Assembly (NCBI GenBank): GCA_027493445.1
Contig: JAOSKU010000001.1
Span: 1,878,822 to 1,942,821, forward strand
Reading direction: 5' to 3'
Origin: Thermoleophilia bacterium
GTDB taxonomy: Bacteria > Actinomycetota > Thermoleophilia > RBG-16-64-13
Length of the DNA: 64,000 nucleotides
Position numbers and translations under genes: made by a program. The notes under the pieces are model-generated. The model was given only the letters and a program-made list of their open reading frames with translations. It did not search any database and was not told where the DNA came from. Shown in pieces: positions 10,247 through 21,068 of this stretch. Numbering within the stretch: the stretch's first letter is position 1; each line of letters opens with the position of its first letter.

Positions 10247-10846
10247 CTAGCTCGATCTTAGGCCTCCGGGCAAGCAAAAACATCGCGATACGTCAAGGAG
10301 TTCATCCCACGTGTCATCGGGTATGATCCCCCCCCGGTATCGCGTCCTCGCGTCCCATAATCCCTGCACCAAGTCGGTACCTCGGCATCCCCCTCCCGTT
10401 GCTCCGCAACGCTTCCGGGAAGCCCCCAGCTCAAGCGCAGCAGGCCGTCGATGAAGCGGGCCGAGGTCGCCTTGGCTAGGCTACACGATAATGGTTTACC
10501 ATATCACACGCGAAGAGGTGAACCGGGCAGCACAGGCCGCCTCGCGGGTCCTGCTCTTCCCGACATCCAGGGATGCGTGTCGAAAACGTGGTTTCACCGA
10601 CTTTGCTCTCCGCCGGTCGCGCGAAGAGGAGAGCGAGGTAGCGGTCTCTTGCCACGGACGTTAGCAGAGCCACGGCGATGGTGCCCTTGTGCAAGTCCAG
10701 TCCCACAATGGTCAGAGAAGCTGTAGAGTTGTACATGGCCGGACCCCTTGATCGCATGTGGCTCGGCTCGGGGCCCATCTCCGAGCAATCCACGCCTATT
10801 GTGCGGCGCGAGGACCGGCCATTCCAAATTGACCAACGGAGGGCGC

Positions 10847-11692
10847 ATGAATACCCGCGCAATCGGAAAGAGGCTCTTGCCGCCGGCGCTCACGGACTTC
10901 GGGCAACGGCTGGGAATGCTGGGCGCCCGAGAGTGGGAATACGTTCCAGAGGGCTGGGCGCTGCGCGGGACGGGCGTGAGAGGATGGAACGTTGAGAAGG
11001 TGGTCGCCGAGGAGACGGCGAAGTGGCCCGGTTTCGTGGGTCTCGTAAACGGCACAGGTCCGCTCGGAATCGCACATGAGGCGCGAGCCGCATCCCAGCT
11101 TGACTACTCCGCTCACAACACCATTGCTGTTTTCGGCTACGTGCTCGCGAGAGCCGCGCACGCGAAGCACTCTATTGCGATCCTCGACTGGGGAGGCGGT
11201 CTCGGCCACTACTACGTGTTCAGCAGCGCGCTTCTCCCCGAGGTCGAGCTGGCGTACACCTGCAGAGACCTCCCCCTCATGTGCGCGGCAGGACGGCGAC
11301 TGCTGCCGGGCGTGACTTTCTGCGAGGATGATGCTTGCTGTCTCACTCGATCATATGACCTTGTCCATGCTGGCACTTCCCTCCAGTATTTTGAGGACTG
11401 GCGCGAGACTGCCAGCGCACTGGCCGGCGCGACATCCTCATACTTGTATGTGGCGCGCCTGCCCGTGGTAGAGGAGAGTGACTCGTTCGTTGTCTTGCAG
11501 CGCCCGTACCGATACGGTTATGAAACCGAGTATCTATGCTGGTACCTTCATCGTCGGGAGTTTCTGGCGCATCTCACATCCTGTGGACTCGAACTCGTAC
11601 GCGAATTCCTGATGATGGATCGGCCATTCGTCTATCATGCCCCTGAGCAGGGCGAGTACCGTGGCTTCCTATTCCGTCGGCGAGACCATTGA
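10847..11692 (+). CDS. LIC12133-family putative methyltransferase
   Basis: ILDWGGGLGHYY, and LVHAGTSLQYFEDW, match TIGR04325-type methyltransferases found in O-antigen loci. SD GGAGGG before ATG 10847. The ORF is open from 10748. Confidence 0.6.
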   Translation: MNTRAIGKRLLPPALTDFGQRLGMLGAREWEYVPEGWALRGTGVRGWNVEKVVAEETAKWPGFVGLVNGTGPLGIAHEARAASQLDYSAHNTIAVFGYVLARAAHAKHSIAILDWGGGLGHYYVFSSALLPEVELAYTCRDLPLMCAAGRRLLPGVTFCEDDACCLTRSYDLVHAGTSLQYFEDWRETASALAGATSSYLYVARLPVVEESDSFVVLQRPYRYGYETEYLCWYLHRREFLAHLTSCGLELVREFLMMDRPFVYHAPEQGEYRGFLFRRRDH

Positions 11693-11708
11693 AGGCGGAA
11701 GGCGTCGG

Positions 11709-12443
11709 ATGAGCGTGACTCGACGACTGCATGACGGGGAGAGCTTCGCGCCCGGCGTCATTGGAATCTTTGTTAATCCATTCTTCCTGGCTCGCCGCGG
11801 TCTCCATGAACAGCTGGTCACGCTGGCTCCGAGAATTCGCGGCCGCACGCTCGATGTCGGTTGCGGTCAAAAGCCCTATCGTGAACTCTTCGCCGCGGTC
11901 ACGAGCTACGTGGGGCTTGAGCTCGACACGCCGGAGAATCGCGCGGCCAAGGCTGCTGACGTCTATTACGACGGCTCCACGTTTCCTTTTGGGGACGACG
12001 AGTTCGATTCCGTCGTTGCCAGCCAAGTGCTCGAGCACGTTTTCGAGCCGGACGCGTTTCTGAGCGAGATCTGCCGAGTGCTCAAGCCTGGAGGTTCACT
12101 GCTAGTTACTGTCCCGTTCGTCTGGGACGAACACGAGCAGCCTAACGACTATGCTCGGTATTCGTCGTTCGGGCTGCATCACGTCTTAGAACGTAACGGT
12201 TTTCGCGTCATGGAGAGCCACAAGAGTGTCCTCGGGGTAGCCACCATCTTTCAACTCATCAACGCACTTGTGTACAAGCAAGCCAGTTCACACTCTCGCA
12301 GCACGGGCTGGCTGGCGGCTGGCATGCTTCTCATGGCTCCGCTAAGTGCTCTTGGCTGGCTGCTTGGGTGGCTGTGTCGGCCAGAGAGCAGCGACCTGTA
12401 TCTGGACAACGTCGTGCTGGCCTGCAAGGAGGTCAGTCCGTGA
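11709..12443 (+). CDS. class I SAM-dependent methyltransferase (Methyltransf_11-like)
   Basis: LDVGCGQKPY motif I and VLEHVFEPDAFLSEICRVLKPGGSLLVTVPF. SD GGAAGG before ATG 11709. Confidence 0.7.
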   Translation: MSVTRRLHDGESFAPGVIGIFVNPFFLARRGLHEQLVTLAPRIRGRTLDVGCGQKPYRELFAAVTSYVGLELDTPENRAAKAADVYYDGSTFPFGDDEFDSVVASQVLEHVFEPDAFLSEICRVLKPGGSLLVTVPFVWDEHEQPNDYARYSSFGLHHVLERNGFRVMESHKSVLGVATIFQLINALVYKQASSHSRSTGWLAAGMLLMAPLSALGWLLGWLCRPESSDLYLDNVVLACKEVSP

Positions 12444-13447
12444 GCCTTGCGCCCCCGTACGACTCCGCCGCTTTCGCTGGTGCCCGAGCGCTGGTCACTG
12501 GTGGACTCGGCTTCATCGGTTCGAACCTGGCACGCCGTCTCGTCGACCTCGGCGCCGAGGTTGTCCTGATGGATAATCTAGACCCCCGGTATGGCGGCAA
12601 TCGTTTCAATGTGGCCGGCATCGAGGATCGTGTCACCATCAATGTCTCCGACGTCCGGGATGACCAGAGCATGTTCCACCTGGTCCGCGGCCACGATTAC
12701 TTGTTCAACCTGGCCGGGCAGACGAGCCACATGGACTCTATGCAAGATCCGTACACGGATCTCGAGATCAATGTGCGAGCGCAGCTGTCTATCCTTGAGT
12801 CGTGCCGCAAACAGAATCCGGGGATCAAGATCGTCTTCGCCGGTACGAGACAGGTTTACGGCAAGCCGGAGTACCTTCCTGTTGACGAAAGACACCTATT
12901 GCGTCCAACCGACGTCAACGGTATCAACAAGATGGCAGGGGAGTGGTATCACATACTCTACAACAACGTGTATGGCATTCGTGCCTGCATCCTCCGGCTC
13001 ACCAACACCTATGGCCCCCGAATGCGGGTGAAGGATTCTCGGCAGACATTTCTCGGCATTTGGGTACGCAATGTCGTCGAAGGCAGGACGTTCGAAGTGT
13101 GGGGCGGGGAACAACTGCGGGACTTCACCTACGTGGACGATTGCGTAGAGGCGCTCCTCGCTGCGGCGGCAGGAAGCGCCGTCGATGGGCTGGCCCTCAA
13201 TGTAGGCGGTGCTAACGGACCGCATCAGCTCCAGGAGGTCGCAGAGCTCGTCGTCTCCGTCAGCGGGACTGGCGACTACGAACTCAAAGACTTCCCTGCA
13301 GACCGTGCCAAGATCGACATCGGCGATTACTACGCCGACGACGGACTTATTCGCACGGCGCTGGGCTGGGAGCCGCGCGTGAGTCTCGCAGAGGGACTGC
13401 GACGCACCGTCTCCTTCTACCGCCGGCACCTTGCTGAGTATGTGTAG
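12440..13447 (+). CDS. NAD-dependent nucleotide-sugar epimerase/dehydratase (extended SDR)
   Basis: ALVTGGLGFIGSNLARRLVDLGAEVVLMDNL Rossmann motif and a YxxxK region. GTG start forms a GTGA overlap with the upstream gene. Confidence 0.75.
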   Translation: MSLAPPYDSAAFAGARALVTGGLGFIGSNLARRLVDLGAEVVLMDNLDPRYGGNRFNVAGIEDRVTINVSDVRDDQSMFHLVRGHDYLFNLAGQTSHMDSMQDPYTDLEINVRAQLSILESCRKQNPGIKIVFAGTRQVYGKPEYLPVDERHLLRPTDVNGINKMAGEWYHILYNNVYGIRACILRLTNTYGPRMRVKDSRQTFLGIWVRNVVEGRTFEVWGGEQLRDFTYVDDCVEALLAAAAGSAVDGLALNVGGANGPHQLQEVAELVVSVSGTGDYELKDFPADRAKIDIGDYYADDGLIRTALGWEPRVSLAEGLRRTVSFYRRHLAEYV

Positions 13448-13468
13448 AACGTCGTGTGACGGTCGAAT

Positions 13469-14614
13469 TTGATCCCCCAGACCGACCCCCGCGCAAACTA
13501 TCTAGCCCACCGATCCGAGATCGATGCTGCAATCGCGGTCGTCCTTGATCGGGGAAGGTTCGTTCTCGGCGAGGAGGTCGCCGCCTTTGAACGCGAGTTC
13601 GCCGACTACTTGCAGGGCTCAGGAATGAGGGGCGTCGAGGCGGTTGGCGTGGCGAGCGGCACCGATGCTTTGCGGCTGGCGTTGCGAGCTTGTGGCGTCG
13701 GGACCGGCGACACCGTTATTACCGTGTCACACACGGCCGTTGCCACAGTGTCGGCCATCCAGCAGTGCGATGCGAAGCCGATATTGATCGATATCGAGCC
13801 TTCGACGATGACAATGGACCCGGTGGAACTGGAAGCCGCAATTGTCCGCTGCAAGGCTGCTGGCGCTCGCCCTTCAGCTGTGGTCCCTGTGCATCTGTAT
13901 GGTCATCCAGCCGCGATCAAGGAGATCGCGGCCGTAGCCGCACACTACGGCCTGCGAGTGATCGAAGACTGCGCGCAGGCGCACGGCGCTTCCGTCGATG
14001 GGCGGCATGTCGGAACCTTTGGAGACGCGGCCGCGTTCAGTTTCTACCCAACGAAAAATCTGGGCGCCTTCGGTGACGGTGGCGCGCTCGTGACCAATAA
14101 CCACGACATCGCTGAGCGCGTGCGCTCGCTGCGCGAGTACGGATGGCGCGACCGCTTCGTGAGCGTCGAGCCAGGTGTCAACAGCCGCCTCGATGAGATT
14201 CAGGCGGCGGTGTTGCGCGTGAAGCTTCCCCACCTCGACGCAGAGAACACGGCTCGTCGACGTTTCGCAGGCATCTATTCGGAGAAGCTCGCTCACACTG
14301 ACGCGGCTCTGCCAATCGAGGTGGCCGGTACCTGCCACGTGTTTCACCAGTACGTCATTCGCGTGACGCATCGGAACGCGGCGCGCGCTATTCTGAGCAA
14401 GCGGGGCATCAATACGCTTATTCATTATCCGGTACCCATCCACCTCCAGCCTGCCTATACTGGAGACATACGCATGCAAGACCCGCTGCGTCACACCGAG
14501 AAGGCGGCCAATGAGGTCTTGAGTCTCCCGATGTTCCCTGAGTTAGGTGATGAGCGCGCCGAAGAGGTGGCGGAGTCGGTCGCTCGCGCACTCACGGGTG
14601 ACAGCATGCCGTGA
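13469..14614 (+). CDS. DegT/DnrJ/EryC1/StrS-family PLP-dependent sugar aminotransferase
   Basis: SGTDALRLAL, FSFYPTKNLGAFGDGGALVTNN and the HLYG region are hallmarks of nucleotide-sugar 4- or 3-aminotransferases. Confidence 0.8.
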   Translation: MIPQTDPRANYLAHRSEIDAAIAVVLDRGRFVLGEEVAAFEREFADYLQGSGMRGVEAVGVASGTDALRLALRACGVGTGDTVITVSHTAVATVSAIQQCDAKPILIDIEPSTMTMDPVELEAAIVRCKAAGARPSAVVPVHLYGHPAAIKEIAAVAAHYGLRVIEDCAQAHGASVDGRHVGTFGDAAAFSFYPTKNLGAFGDGGALVTNNHDIAERVRSLREYGWRDRFVSVEPGVNSRLDEIQAAVLRVKLPHLDAENTARRRFAGIYSEKLAHTDAALPIEVAGTCHVFHQYVIRVTHRNAARAILSKRGINTLIHYPVPIHLQPAYTGDIRMQDPLRHTEKAANEVLSLPMFPELGDERAEEVAESVARALTGDSMP

Positions 14615-15598
14615 TGCATTTCTGCACCTATTTTGACGAGAATTATCTTGTCCGCGGGCTTGCTCTGTACCGTTCGCTGCAAGTCCACTGCAATCCGTTC
14701 GTCCTCTGGGTCCTTTGCTTTGACGAAGCCACCTACGGGGCGCTGTCGAAACTGGCTCAACCTGACCTACGGCCTGTGTCCCTGGAGGAGTTCGGAGGAG
14801 GGCGACCAGCCATTGATGCACGCCAAGAGGGGGCGTAGCAGCGTCGAGTACTATTTCACATGCACGCCGTCATGGCCGCTCTATCTGTTGAAAGCGGAAC
14901 CCGGCATTGAGACGCTCTCGTACGTGGATGCGGATTACCTCTTCTATTCTTGCCTGCAGCCCGCACTCGACGAAGTCGGCGAACGCTCCATCGGCATCAT
15001 CCGTCACCGGTTTCCTCCTCGCTTGCGAAAACTTGAGGTCTACGGCGTTTTCAATGTGGGCCTGCTCGTGATGCGAAACGATGTTGCAGCTCGCGAGTGT
15101 CTGAATTGGTGGAGGGAACGCTGCCTTGAGTGGTGCTATGACCGCGTGGAGCCAGGACGTTTCGCCGATCAGAAGTATCTTGACGATTTTCCCCGGCGCT
15201 TTTCGAGCGTGGGGGTAATCGAGCACAAGGGAGTTGGGCTTGCGCCGTGGAACTGGATGAACTACCGAATCGCGCACGAGGGGAATGGGGGCACGATCGA
15301 TGGGCAACCTTTGATCGCATACCACTTCCATGGCCTTCGGCTCTACGGAGAGAGATTCTATGACGTGCGTCTTGCGCGATACGGGCGGATGCCGCACGAC
15401 CTGCGGCGCTGGATCTACGGGGGCTATGTGAACGCTCTGCACTCCGCGCAGACGTGGGCCGGGAACGCACTGCCGGAGAGCGCGAAGAGAGCTGCACCGA
15501 TTCGCGCGGGGCACGGACTTCATCGGCTGGCTATCGCGGCAGCCCGTCGCGACTTGGTGCTGATCCGGAGGGGTCGCCGCTCGCTAACGAGCCGCTGA
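14611..15598 (+). CDS. glycosyltransferase of the MHFCTYFDxNYLxRGLALYxSL family, frame broken between about 14790 and 14835
   Basis: Frame 1 (14611-14838) carries the conserved N-terminus and frame 2 carries the remainder (VEYYFTCTPSWPLYLLKAEPG...DADYLFY). The break lies in the GG/GGGGG runs at 14794-14795 or 14829-14833. Confidence 0.6.
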
Positions 15599-16750
15599 CG
15601 CTGAACGCCGATCGGTGCCAAAGACGGATGCGAACGCTGCCTGGAACGCATCCGCCATGGCCGCCTGAGAGGTCTGAGCGACCCGGGCAAGCCCCGCGGA
15701 ACCCAAACGCACGCGCTCGCTCGGCGAGGTTAGCAGCCGGCGTAGCGCGACAGCGAGCTGCGACCGATCATGCTCTCGAACGACAAGCCCTGTGACGCCG
15801 TCCACGACGAGGCCGCCTGCGACGGCGCCTACGGCGTCCGATGCTATGACCGGTAACGCCTGACACATGGCCTCGTTGATGGCGAGACCCCAGCACTCCT
15901 TGATACTCGGAGAGGTGACGGAAGGCATGACGAAGACGTCGGCGGCCGCATATACGACAGGCATGCTGGCGGGCGGTACACCGCCCACGAGCTTGAGCTC
16001 CACTCCGGTAGCGGCTGCCTGGGCGGCAAGCTGCGCCGCGAGAGGACCTGTCCCTACGATGGCCACCACAGGTTGAAGGTCACGAACTGAGGCGGCGGCG
16101 GCAACGAGGTCATCAAGCCCTTTCTGAGCGACCAAACGCGCAACTGCAAGTATTAGCGGCCGACTGTCGGCACCAGCCTGGCGGCGGAACGCCTGCACTG
16201 CCTCGTCACCTACTGGACGGCCGTAGAATTCGTTATCCACCGCGTGCTCGGCGATGAAGACGCGTTCGGGCTGGACACCACTTCTTACCAGAAATCGCCT
16301 AACATGGCTCCCGTAGACGACCAGTGCATCCGAGTGTCGGTATAGGGTCCGTGTGAGCGGCCACGTGGCGCGGTGAAACGGTGTTGACGGGTGAGTCCAA
16401 AGCCCGGTCCACAGCAGGAATGGCTTATTCCGCAAACGCGTGATCGAGAAGGCAGTTGCTAACTCCGCTCGTCCGCTTAGCTCCATCAGCACGAGATCGT
16501 AGTCGCGCTTGGCCAACGCCACGGTGAGGGAGGGGTTGAGGCTCAAGTGCCGGGAAACGCGGCGACCTCTGCAGAGCGTTGCGTCAAGGCTAGCCGCGAG
16601 GCTTCCCGCGCTCTTCGCCAGATGCGCTTGCCAATATTGCTGATCTCCTTCAGAAAGGCAGATTATCTCAGCTCCAACCTGCGCTCGGAGTCGCGCCAAC
16701 AACGGCGTCGTGTAGTGGGTTGGAAAATCAACAATTATGAGCGGCCGCAT
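15584..16750 (-). CDS. family 1 (GT4) glycosyltransferase
   Basis: FVMPSVTSPSIKECWGLAINEAMCQALPVIASDAVGA is the GT-B E-x7-E region. SD AGGAG before ATG 16750. The ORF is open to 16810. Confidence 0.75.
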   Translation of the reverse strand: MRPLIIVDFPTHYTTPLLARLRAQVGAEIICLSEGDQQYWQAHLAKSAGSLAASLDATLCRGRRVSRHLSLNPSLTVALAKRDYDLVLMELSGRAELATAFSITRLRNKPFLLWTGLWTHPSTPFHRATWPLTRTLYRHSDALVVYGSHVRRFLVRSGVQPERVFIAEHAVDNEFYGRPVGDEAVQAFRRQAGADSRPLILAVARLVAQKGLDDLVAAAASVRDLQPVVAIVGTGPLAAQLAAQAAATGVELKLVGGVPPASMPVVYAAADVFVMPSVTSPSIKECWGLAINEAMCQALPVIASDAVGAVAGGLVVDGVTGLVVREHDRSQLAVALRRLLTSPSERVRLGSAGLARVAQTSQAAMADAFQAAFASVFGTDRRSASAAR

Positions 16751-17048
16751 AGCTCCTGCCGGTTGTGCTGTCAATATACGGTAACGTCGCGCGAAGCCGT
16801 ACGATCCCATATGGACTGTCGAAGAGAGAGCAATGTATCGTACCAGGATACCGGATCCGGTTCGACTCAGAGTTCATTTCTCAACGAAGGAACTTCCCCT
16901 CGCTCGGGCGAAACCGGTCCATCTGCTGCCAGAATGGGAAGGATGTCAACCGCGAGGGCATGGGTGACATCGCGGCCAATGGCATCATCCACGTATAGTT
17001 GTGACTGACGAGCTCAAGGGCCAGGCTTCTTCCCCCCCTTTTGCTAGA

Positions 17049-17957
17049 ATGGCTCACGGGCGGCACGGAAGCGGGGTTGACCACGACGTGAAGGGTATCT
17101 TGTTGGCGGGAGGTTCGGGGACGAGGCTCTATCCCGCCACCCGAGTGATGAGCAAGCAGCTCATGCCGGTTTACGACAAGCCGATGGTCTATTATCCCCT
17201 CTCCACCTTGATGATGGCTGGCATCCGGGAGATCCTCATCATCTCGACGCCCCAGGATCTGCCGCGCTTCGAGAAGCTCCTTGGGGACGGTTCTTGGCTG
17301 GGCATTTCTCTGAGGTACCTGGCTCAGCCTCGACCGGAGGGACTGGCTCAGGCTTTCATCCTCGGAAAAGGCTTTCTCGAGGGCGGACCGGCCTGTCTCA
17401 TCTTGGGCGATAATATCTTCTACGGCCAGGGCCTCATAGGGCGCCTGGAGGCTGCCACGCAGCTCGGCAGTGGAGCCATTATCTTCGGCTACCGGGTGAA
17501 CGACCCGGAGCATTACGGCGTGGTGGAGCTCCGCGAGGATGGCAGCGCCATCAGCATCGAGGAGAAGCCGGAGCACCCACGCTCGAACTACGCGGTCCCA
17601 GGTCTGTACTTCTACGATCACGAGGTCTGTGACATTGTCGCCGGCCTTGCGCCCTCCGCTCGCGGAGAACTTGAGATCACCGACGTCAATCGGACCTACC
17701 TTGAGCGCGGGTGCCTGCGGGTGGATAAGATCGGCCGCGGCATCGCTTGGTTGGATACGGGTACCCATGACGCCCTGCTGAAGGCGTCCCACTTTATCCA
17801 GGTGATAGAGGAGCGCCAGGGCTTGAAGGTAGCCTGCCTGGAGGAGATCGCCTATCGCCAGGGATACATCTCGAGAGAGGAGCTGCAAGCCCAGGCCGCC
17901 GTCATGGGAGGCAACGCCTACGGCATGTACCTTGAGCGAGTGGCCGAGGAGGGCTAA
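17049..17957 (+). CDS. rfbA: glucose-1-phosphate thymidylyltransferase
   Basis: [54 protein letters not shown] is near-identical to the RmlA consensus. The start is uncertain, with candidates at 17001, 17049 and 17088. Confidence 0.85.
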   Translation: MAHGRHGSGVDHDVKGILLAGGSGTRLYPATRVMSKQLMPVYDKPMVYYPLSTLMMAGIREILIISTPQDLPRFEKLLGDGSWLGISLRYLAQPRPEGLAQAFILGKGFLEGGPACLILGDNIFYGQGLIGRLEAATQLGSGAIIFGYRVNDPEHYGVVELREDGSAISIEEKPEHPRSNYAVPGLYFYDHEVCDIVAGLAPSARGELEITDVNRTYLERGCLRVDKIGRGIAWLDTGTHDALLKASHFIQVIEERQGLKVACLEEIAYRQGYISREELQAQAAVMGGNAYGMYLERVAEEG

Positions 17958-18257
17958 TGTTGGTATTGGAAGTCTTCGAAACCTCAGCCGACTCCTGACA
18001 GCGAATCAATGACTCAGGACACAACCACGCCCTGTTGCAACTCGAGAGACAGTCGATCGGCCCAAGAGCGCTCGAAACGCTCGTCACCGCACCTGGTGAT
18101 CTTCATGAGGGATTCGCGTTCGCCAGGGATGACCTGGACTCGCTTGACGATCAATCGACCAGAACGCCCACTACATGCCTGTCGTGGATGGCACGCTTCG
18201 GCTGGCCTCCACCACGGCCCCGGCGAACGGGCTAGTCCGGCCCGGGCGACCGCCAGG

Positions 18258-19280
18258 ATGCCGCAACCCGACACCGCGGGAGCCAGCGAAACCCCTTACT
18301 GTCCAACGACCATCCTGGTGACTGGCGGCTGCGGCTTCATTGGCTCCAACTTCATCAGGCACATTCTCGCCAGCGATTCCACTGTCAGTGTGGTGAATCT
18401 GGACGCCCTCACCTATGCGGGCAACCCCGACAACCTGGCTGATGTCGAGGCCGGTTTCCCCTCACGCTATCGCTTTATCCATGGGGACATCCGCCACCAT
18501 GGGGCCGTCCGCAAAGCCATGGCGGACTGCGACACCGTGGTCCACTTTGCCGCGGAGAGCCACGTCGACCGCTCCATCGTCCATGCCCGTGACTTCATCA
18601 CCACCAACGTCGAGGGTACCTACGTGCTGCTCGAGGAGGCGCATCGGGCGGGCATTCAGCGTTTTCTCCACATCTCAACGGATGAGGTATACGGCTCCAC
18701 CGAATCCGGGTCGTTCAGCGAGGATGACCCTTTGGCCCCCTCCAGCCCCTACTCGGCTTCCAAAGCGGCTGCGGATCTCCTGGTGCTATCGTATGGCACT
18801 ACCTTCGACCTGCCTGTTCTCATAACCCGCAGCACCAACAACTTCGGACCCTACCAGTTCCCGGAAAAGCTGATCCCCTTGTTCATCACTAACTTGCTGG
18901 AAGGATCGGTCGTACCTTTGTACGGGGACGGCCTGAACGTGCGCGACTGGATCTACGTGCTGGACAACTGCCGGGCCCTCGATACGGTACTTCGTCTGGG
19001 TGCGGTCGGCGACGTCTACAACGTGGGGGCGGCTAATGAGGTCACCAACCATTACGTCACCACCTCACTCCTTGAGTCGCTCGGCGCTGGCGAGGAGATG
19101 GTCAACTACGTTGCGGACCGTCCCGGACACGACCGCCGCTACTCGGTCACGACTCACAAGGTCCGGGGGCTAGGCTGGGCGCCAACCCGCGACTTCCGCC
19201 AGGCTCTATCAGAGACCGTCTCTTGGTACGTCAACAATCCGCATTGGTGGAAAAGGATGAAGGAGCGCGTGGCTTTCTAG
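18258..19280 (+). CDS. rfbB: dTDP-glucose 4,6-dehydratase
   Basis: ILVTGGCGFIGSNFIRHIL...LTYAGN...DICD region and the YSASKAA catalytic motif. The ORF is open from 18009, but the upstream 83 codons are unlike RmlB. Confidence 0.85.
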   Translation: MPQPDTAGASETPYCPTTILVTGGCGFIGSNFIRHILASDSTVSVVNLDALTYAGNPDNLADVEAGFPSRYRFIHGDIRHHGAVRKAMADCDTVVHFAAESHVDRSIVHARDFITTNVEGTYVLLEEAHRAGIQRFLHISTDEVYGSTESGSFSEDDPLAPSSPYSASKAAADLLVLSYGTTFDLPVLITRSTNNFGPYQFPEKLIPLFITNLLEGSVVPLYGDGLNVRDWIYVLDNCRALDTVLRLGAVGDVYNVGAANEVTNHYVTTSLLESLGAGEEMVNYVADRPGHDRRYSVTTHKVRGLGWAPTRDFRQALSETVSWYVNNPHWWKRMKERVAF

Positions 19281-19341
19281 GGCTGGAGAACTCGCCAGGT
19301 CTTCCACAGAAGTGGCCGGGCAAAACTGGACAGCCCTTTAG

Positions 19342-19689
19342 GTGATACCGCTCCCAGGCAGACGACCAGGAGGAGTATGCACGATGCACAGAAGACCGAG
19401 ACGGAATCACTCCCCGGCGTTCAAGGCCAAGGTGGCCCTGGAAGCCATCAGGGGTGAAGAGCCCCTCATCGTGATCGCTGAGCGGTTCGACGTGCACCCC
19501 AACCAGATCACCAAGTGGAAGCGGCAGCTCCTCGAGGGCGCAGCGACTGTCTTCGGGGAGGAAGAGAAGGCCAGGGAGGAGGGGCCCAGCGTCGCCGAAC
19601 TGCACGCGAAGATCGGCGAGCTCACCATGGAGTTGGGTTTTTTGTCCGGTGCGCTCGGTCGCATGAGCGGCCCGAGCGCAAGGCGATGA
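19342..19689 (+). CDS. IS3-family transposase OrfA (HTH)
   Basis: See the mobile-element entry above. Confidence 0.7.
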   Translation: MIPLPGRRPGGVCTMHRRPRRNHSPAFKAKVALEAIRGEEPLIVIAERFDVHPNQITKWKRQLLEGAATVFGEEEKAREEGPSVAELHAKIGELTMELGFLSGALGRMSGPSARR

Positions 19690-20050
19690 TCGACCGGACC
19701 TATCCTCTGTCGATCACGAGGCGGGCCGAACTTCTTGATCTCTCCCGCTCGAGCGTCTGCTACCAGCCCGCTCCGACGAGCGAGAGCGACCTGACCTTGA
19801 TGGCCGCCATGGACGAGATCCACCTGACCTACCCTTTTTATGGGATGAGGCGGATCCGGAACGAGCTCCGTGACCGGGGCTTCGTGGTGGGGCGCGGGCA
19901 CGTGGCCACCCTCATGCGGAAGATGGGCGTCCAGGCGCTCTATCCCAAGCGCCGGCTGTCCCTGCCGCACCCGGGGCACAGGATCTACCCCTACCTCCTG
20001 CGGGGGAGGGACATCGCCTGCGCCGGGGAAGTATGGGCGGCCGACGTCGA
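19342..20050 (+). mobile_element. IS3-family insertion sequence, 5' portion only. It carries orfA, a -1 slippery site and the N-terminal third of orfB, and is truncated by group II intron insertion at 20050/20051
   Basis: OrfA (19342-19689) has the HTH with FKAKVALEAIRGEEPLIVIAERF. The heptamer TTTTTTG lies at 19636-19642. The OrfB frame gives ERKAMIDRTYPLSITRRAELLDLSRSSVCYQP...GEVWAADV and then loses homology before the DDE W..DITY motif. Confidence 0.7.
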
Positions 20051-21068
20051 GCGCCACGAGGCGCTCTCCTACCGAGTGGAGGTGAAAGGACTCCACCGGC
20101 GGGCTGTCGCAGCAGCCCGCGCGAAGCTGAGGGCAGCCTGACCCTGGAGACGCAGGGAAGGGTGGCAAGCAGCCCTGACAACGACGGGACGGGTCGGCAC
20201 TGCCAGACGGCCCGGGTCCGGCAAGCAAGGCGGAAAGGTGTACGTAAGAAACCAGTGCTATAAGACCCCTAAAGTCGCACCACCAGCTCGAACCTGGCGG
20301 ATCTGGGCTGGGAAGCGGCGCGTACCCGCCGAGGCGGGGAACTCCTCTGCCGGTTCACATGTCGCTGGCAGGGAGGCCACACTGAAGAACTGCGGCGTAG
20401 GTGTGGCAAGGCCGCAGGGGCATAGCTGGGCACCTCCTCCGCCGATCGGTAGAAGAGTGAACGTGGGAACCCTCCGACGTCGCCCTCCCGCCCCGTGGTG
20501 GTGGGCAGGCCCGTCGTCGGCCGATGGCGCCGGAGGGGGCGGAGCCTGCATAGTAGTCCGAGGACGGGAAAGCCGTCCACATGGCGAAGGCAGGCAGCGA
20601 GTTCGCAGCAGAAGGACTGAAAAACCAGGAGGTCGCCCGTGAACACGGGTGCACCGTGGCCGAGCCTCCACGAGGCGGAAGCCCGGGTACTGGAGATTCA
20701 GACCAAGCTGCACCGCAGGGCCGGCGAAGACGAGGGTCGCCGGTTCGATGATCTTTTCAACCTCGTCTATGACCCGGCCTTCCTGCTCATAGCCTGGAGG
20801 CGGGTCCGGGAGAACAAGGGCGCCCGCACTGCTGGCGTCGACGGTGAGTCCGCTTGCAGCATCGAGACTCGTCGCGGCGTCGAGGCCTTCCTTTGCGATC
20901 TGCGCGGCCAACTCAAGGCCCGCACGTTTTGGCCTCAGCCTGTACGGGAGCGACTGATTCCCAAACCGGGGTCGCGGAAGCGACGTCGTCTGGGCATCCC
21001 CACCGTGCGGGATCGAGTAGTGCAGGCCGCCTTCAAGCTGGTGCTCGAACCCATCTTCGAGGCGGATT
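20051..21068 (+). mobile_element. group II intron copy 1, 5' part. Ribozyme domains I-III are followed by the start of the domain IV intron-encoded protein (RT domains 0-2, CDS 20639-21068). It is interrupted by the second intron
   Basis: The RT fragment shows GVDG, RLIPKPGSRKRRRLGIPTVRDRVVQ and LEPIFE. About 590 nt upstream (20051-20640) is paralogous to 21069-21670. The 5' end GAGCGCCACGAGGCGCT resembles the GUGCG consensus. Confidence 0.65.

Noticed and set aside
18009-18257. 83-codon N-terminal extension of the rfbB ORF
   Set aside because: The extension has no similarity to RmlB. A perfectly RmlB-like N-terminus begins at the internal ATG 18258.
17958-18257. 300-nt gap between rfbA and rfbB as a possible small gene or ncRNA
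   Set aside because: No ORF with an RBS and no conserved structure were apparent. It is likely just an extended intergenic or leader region.
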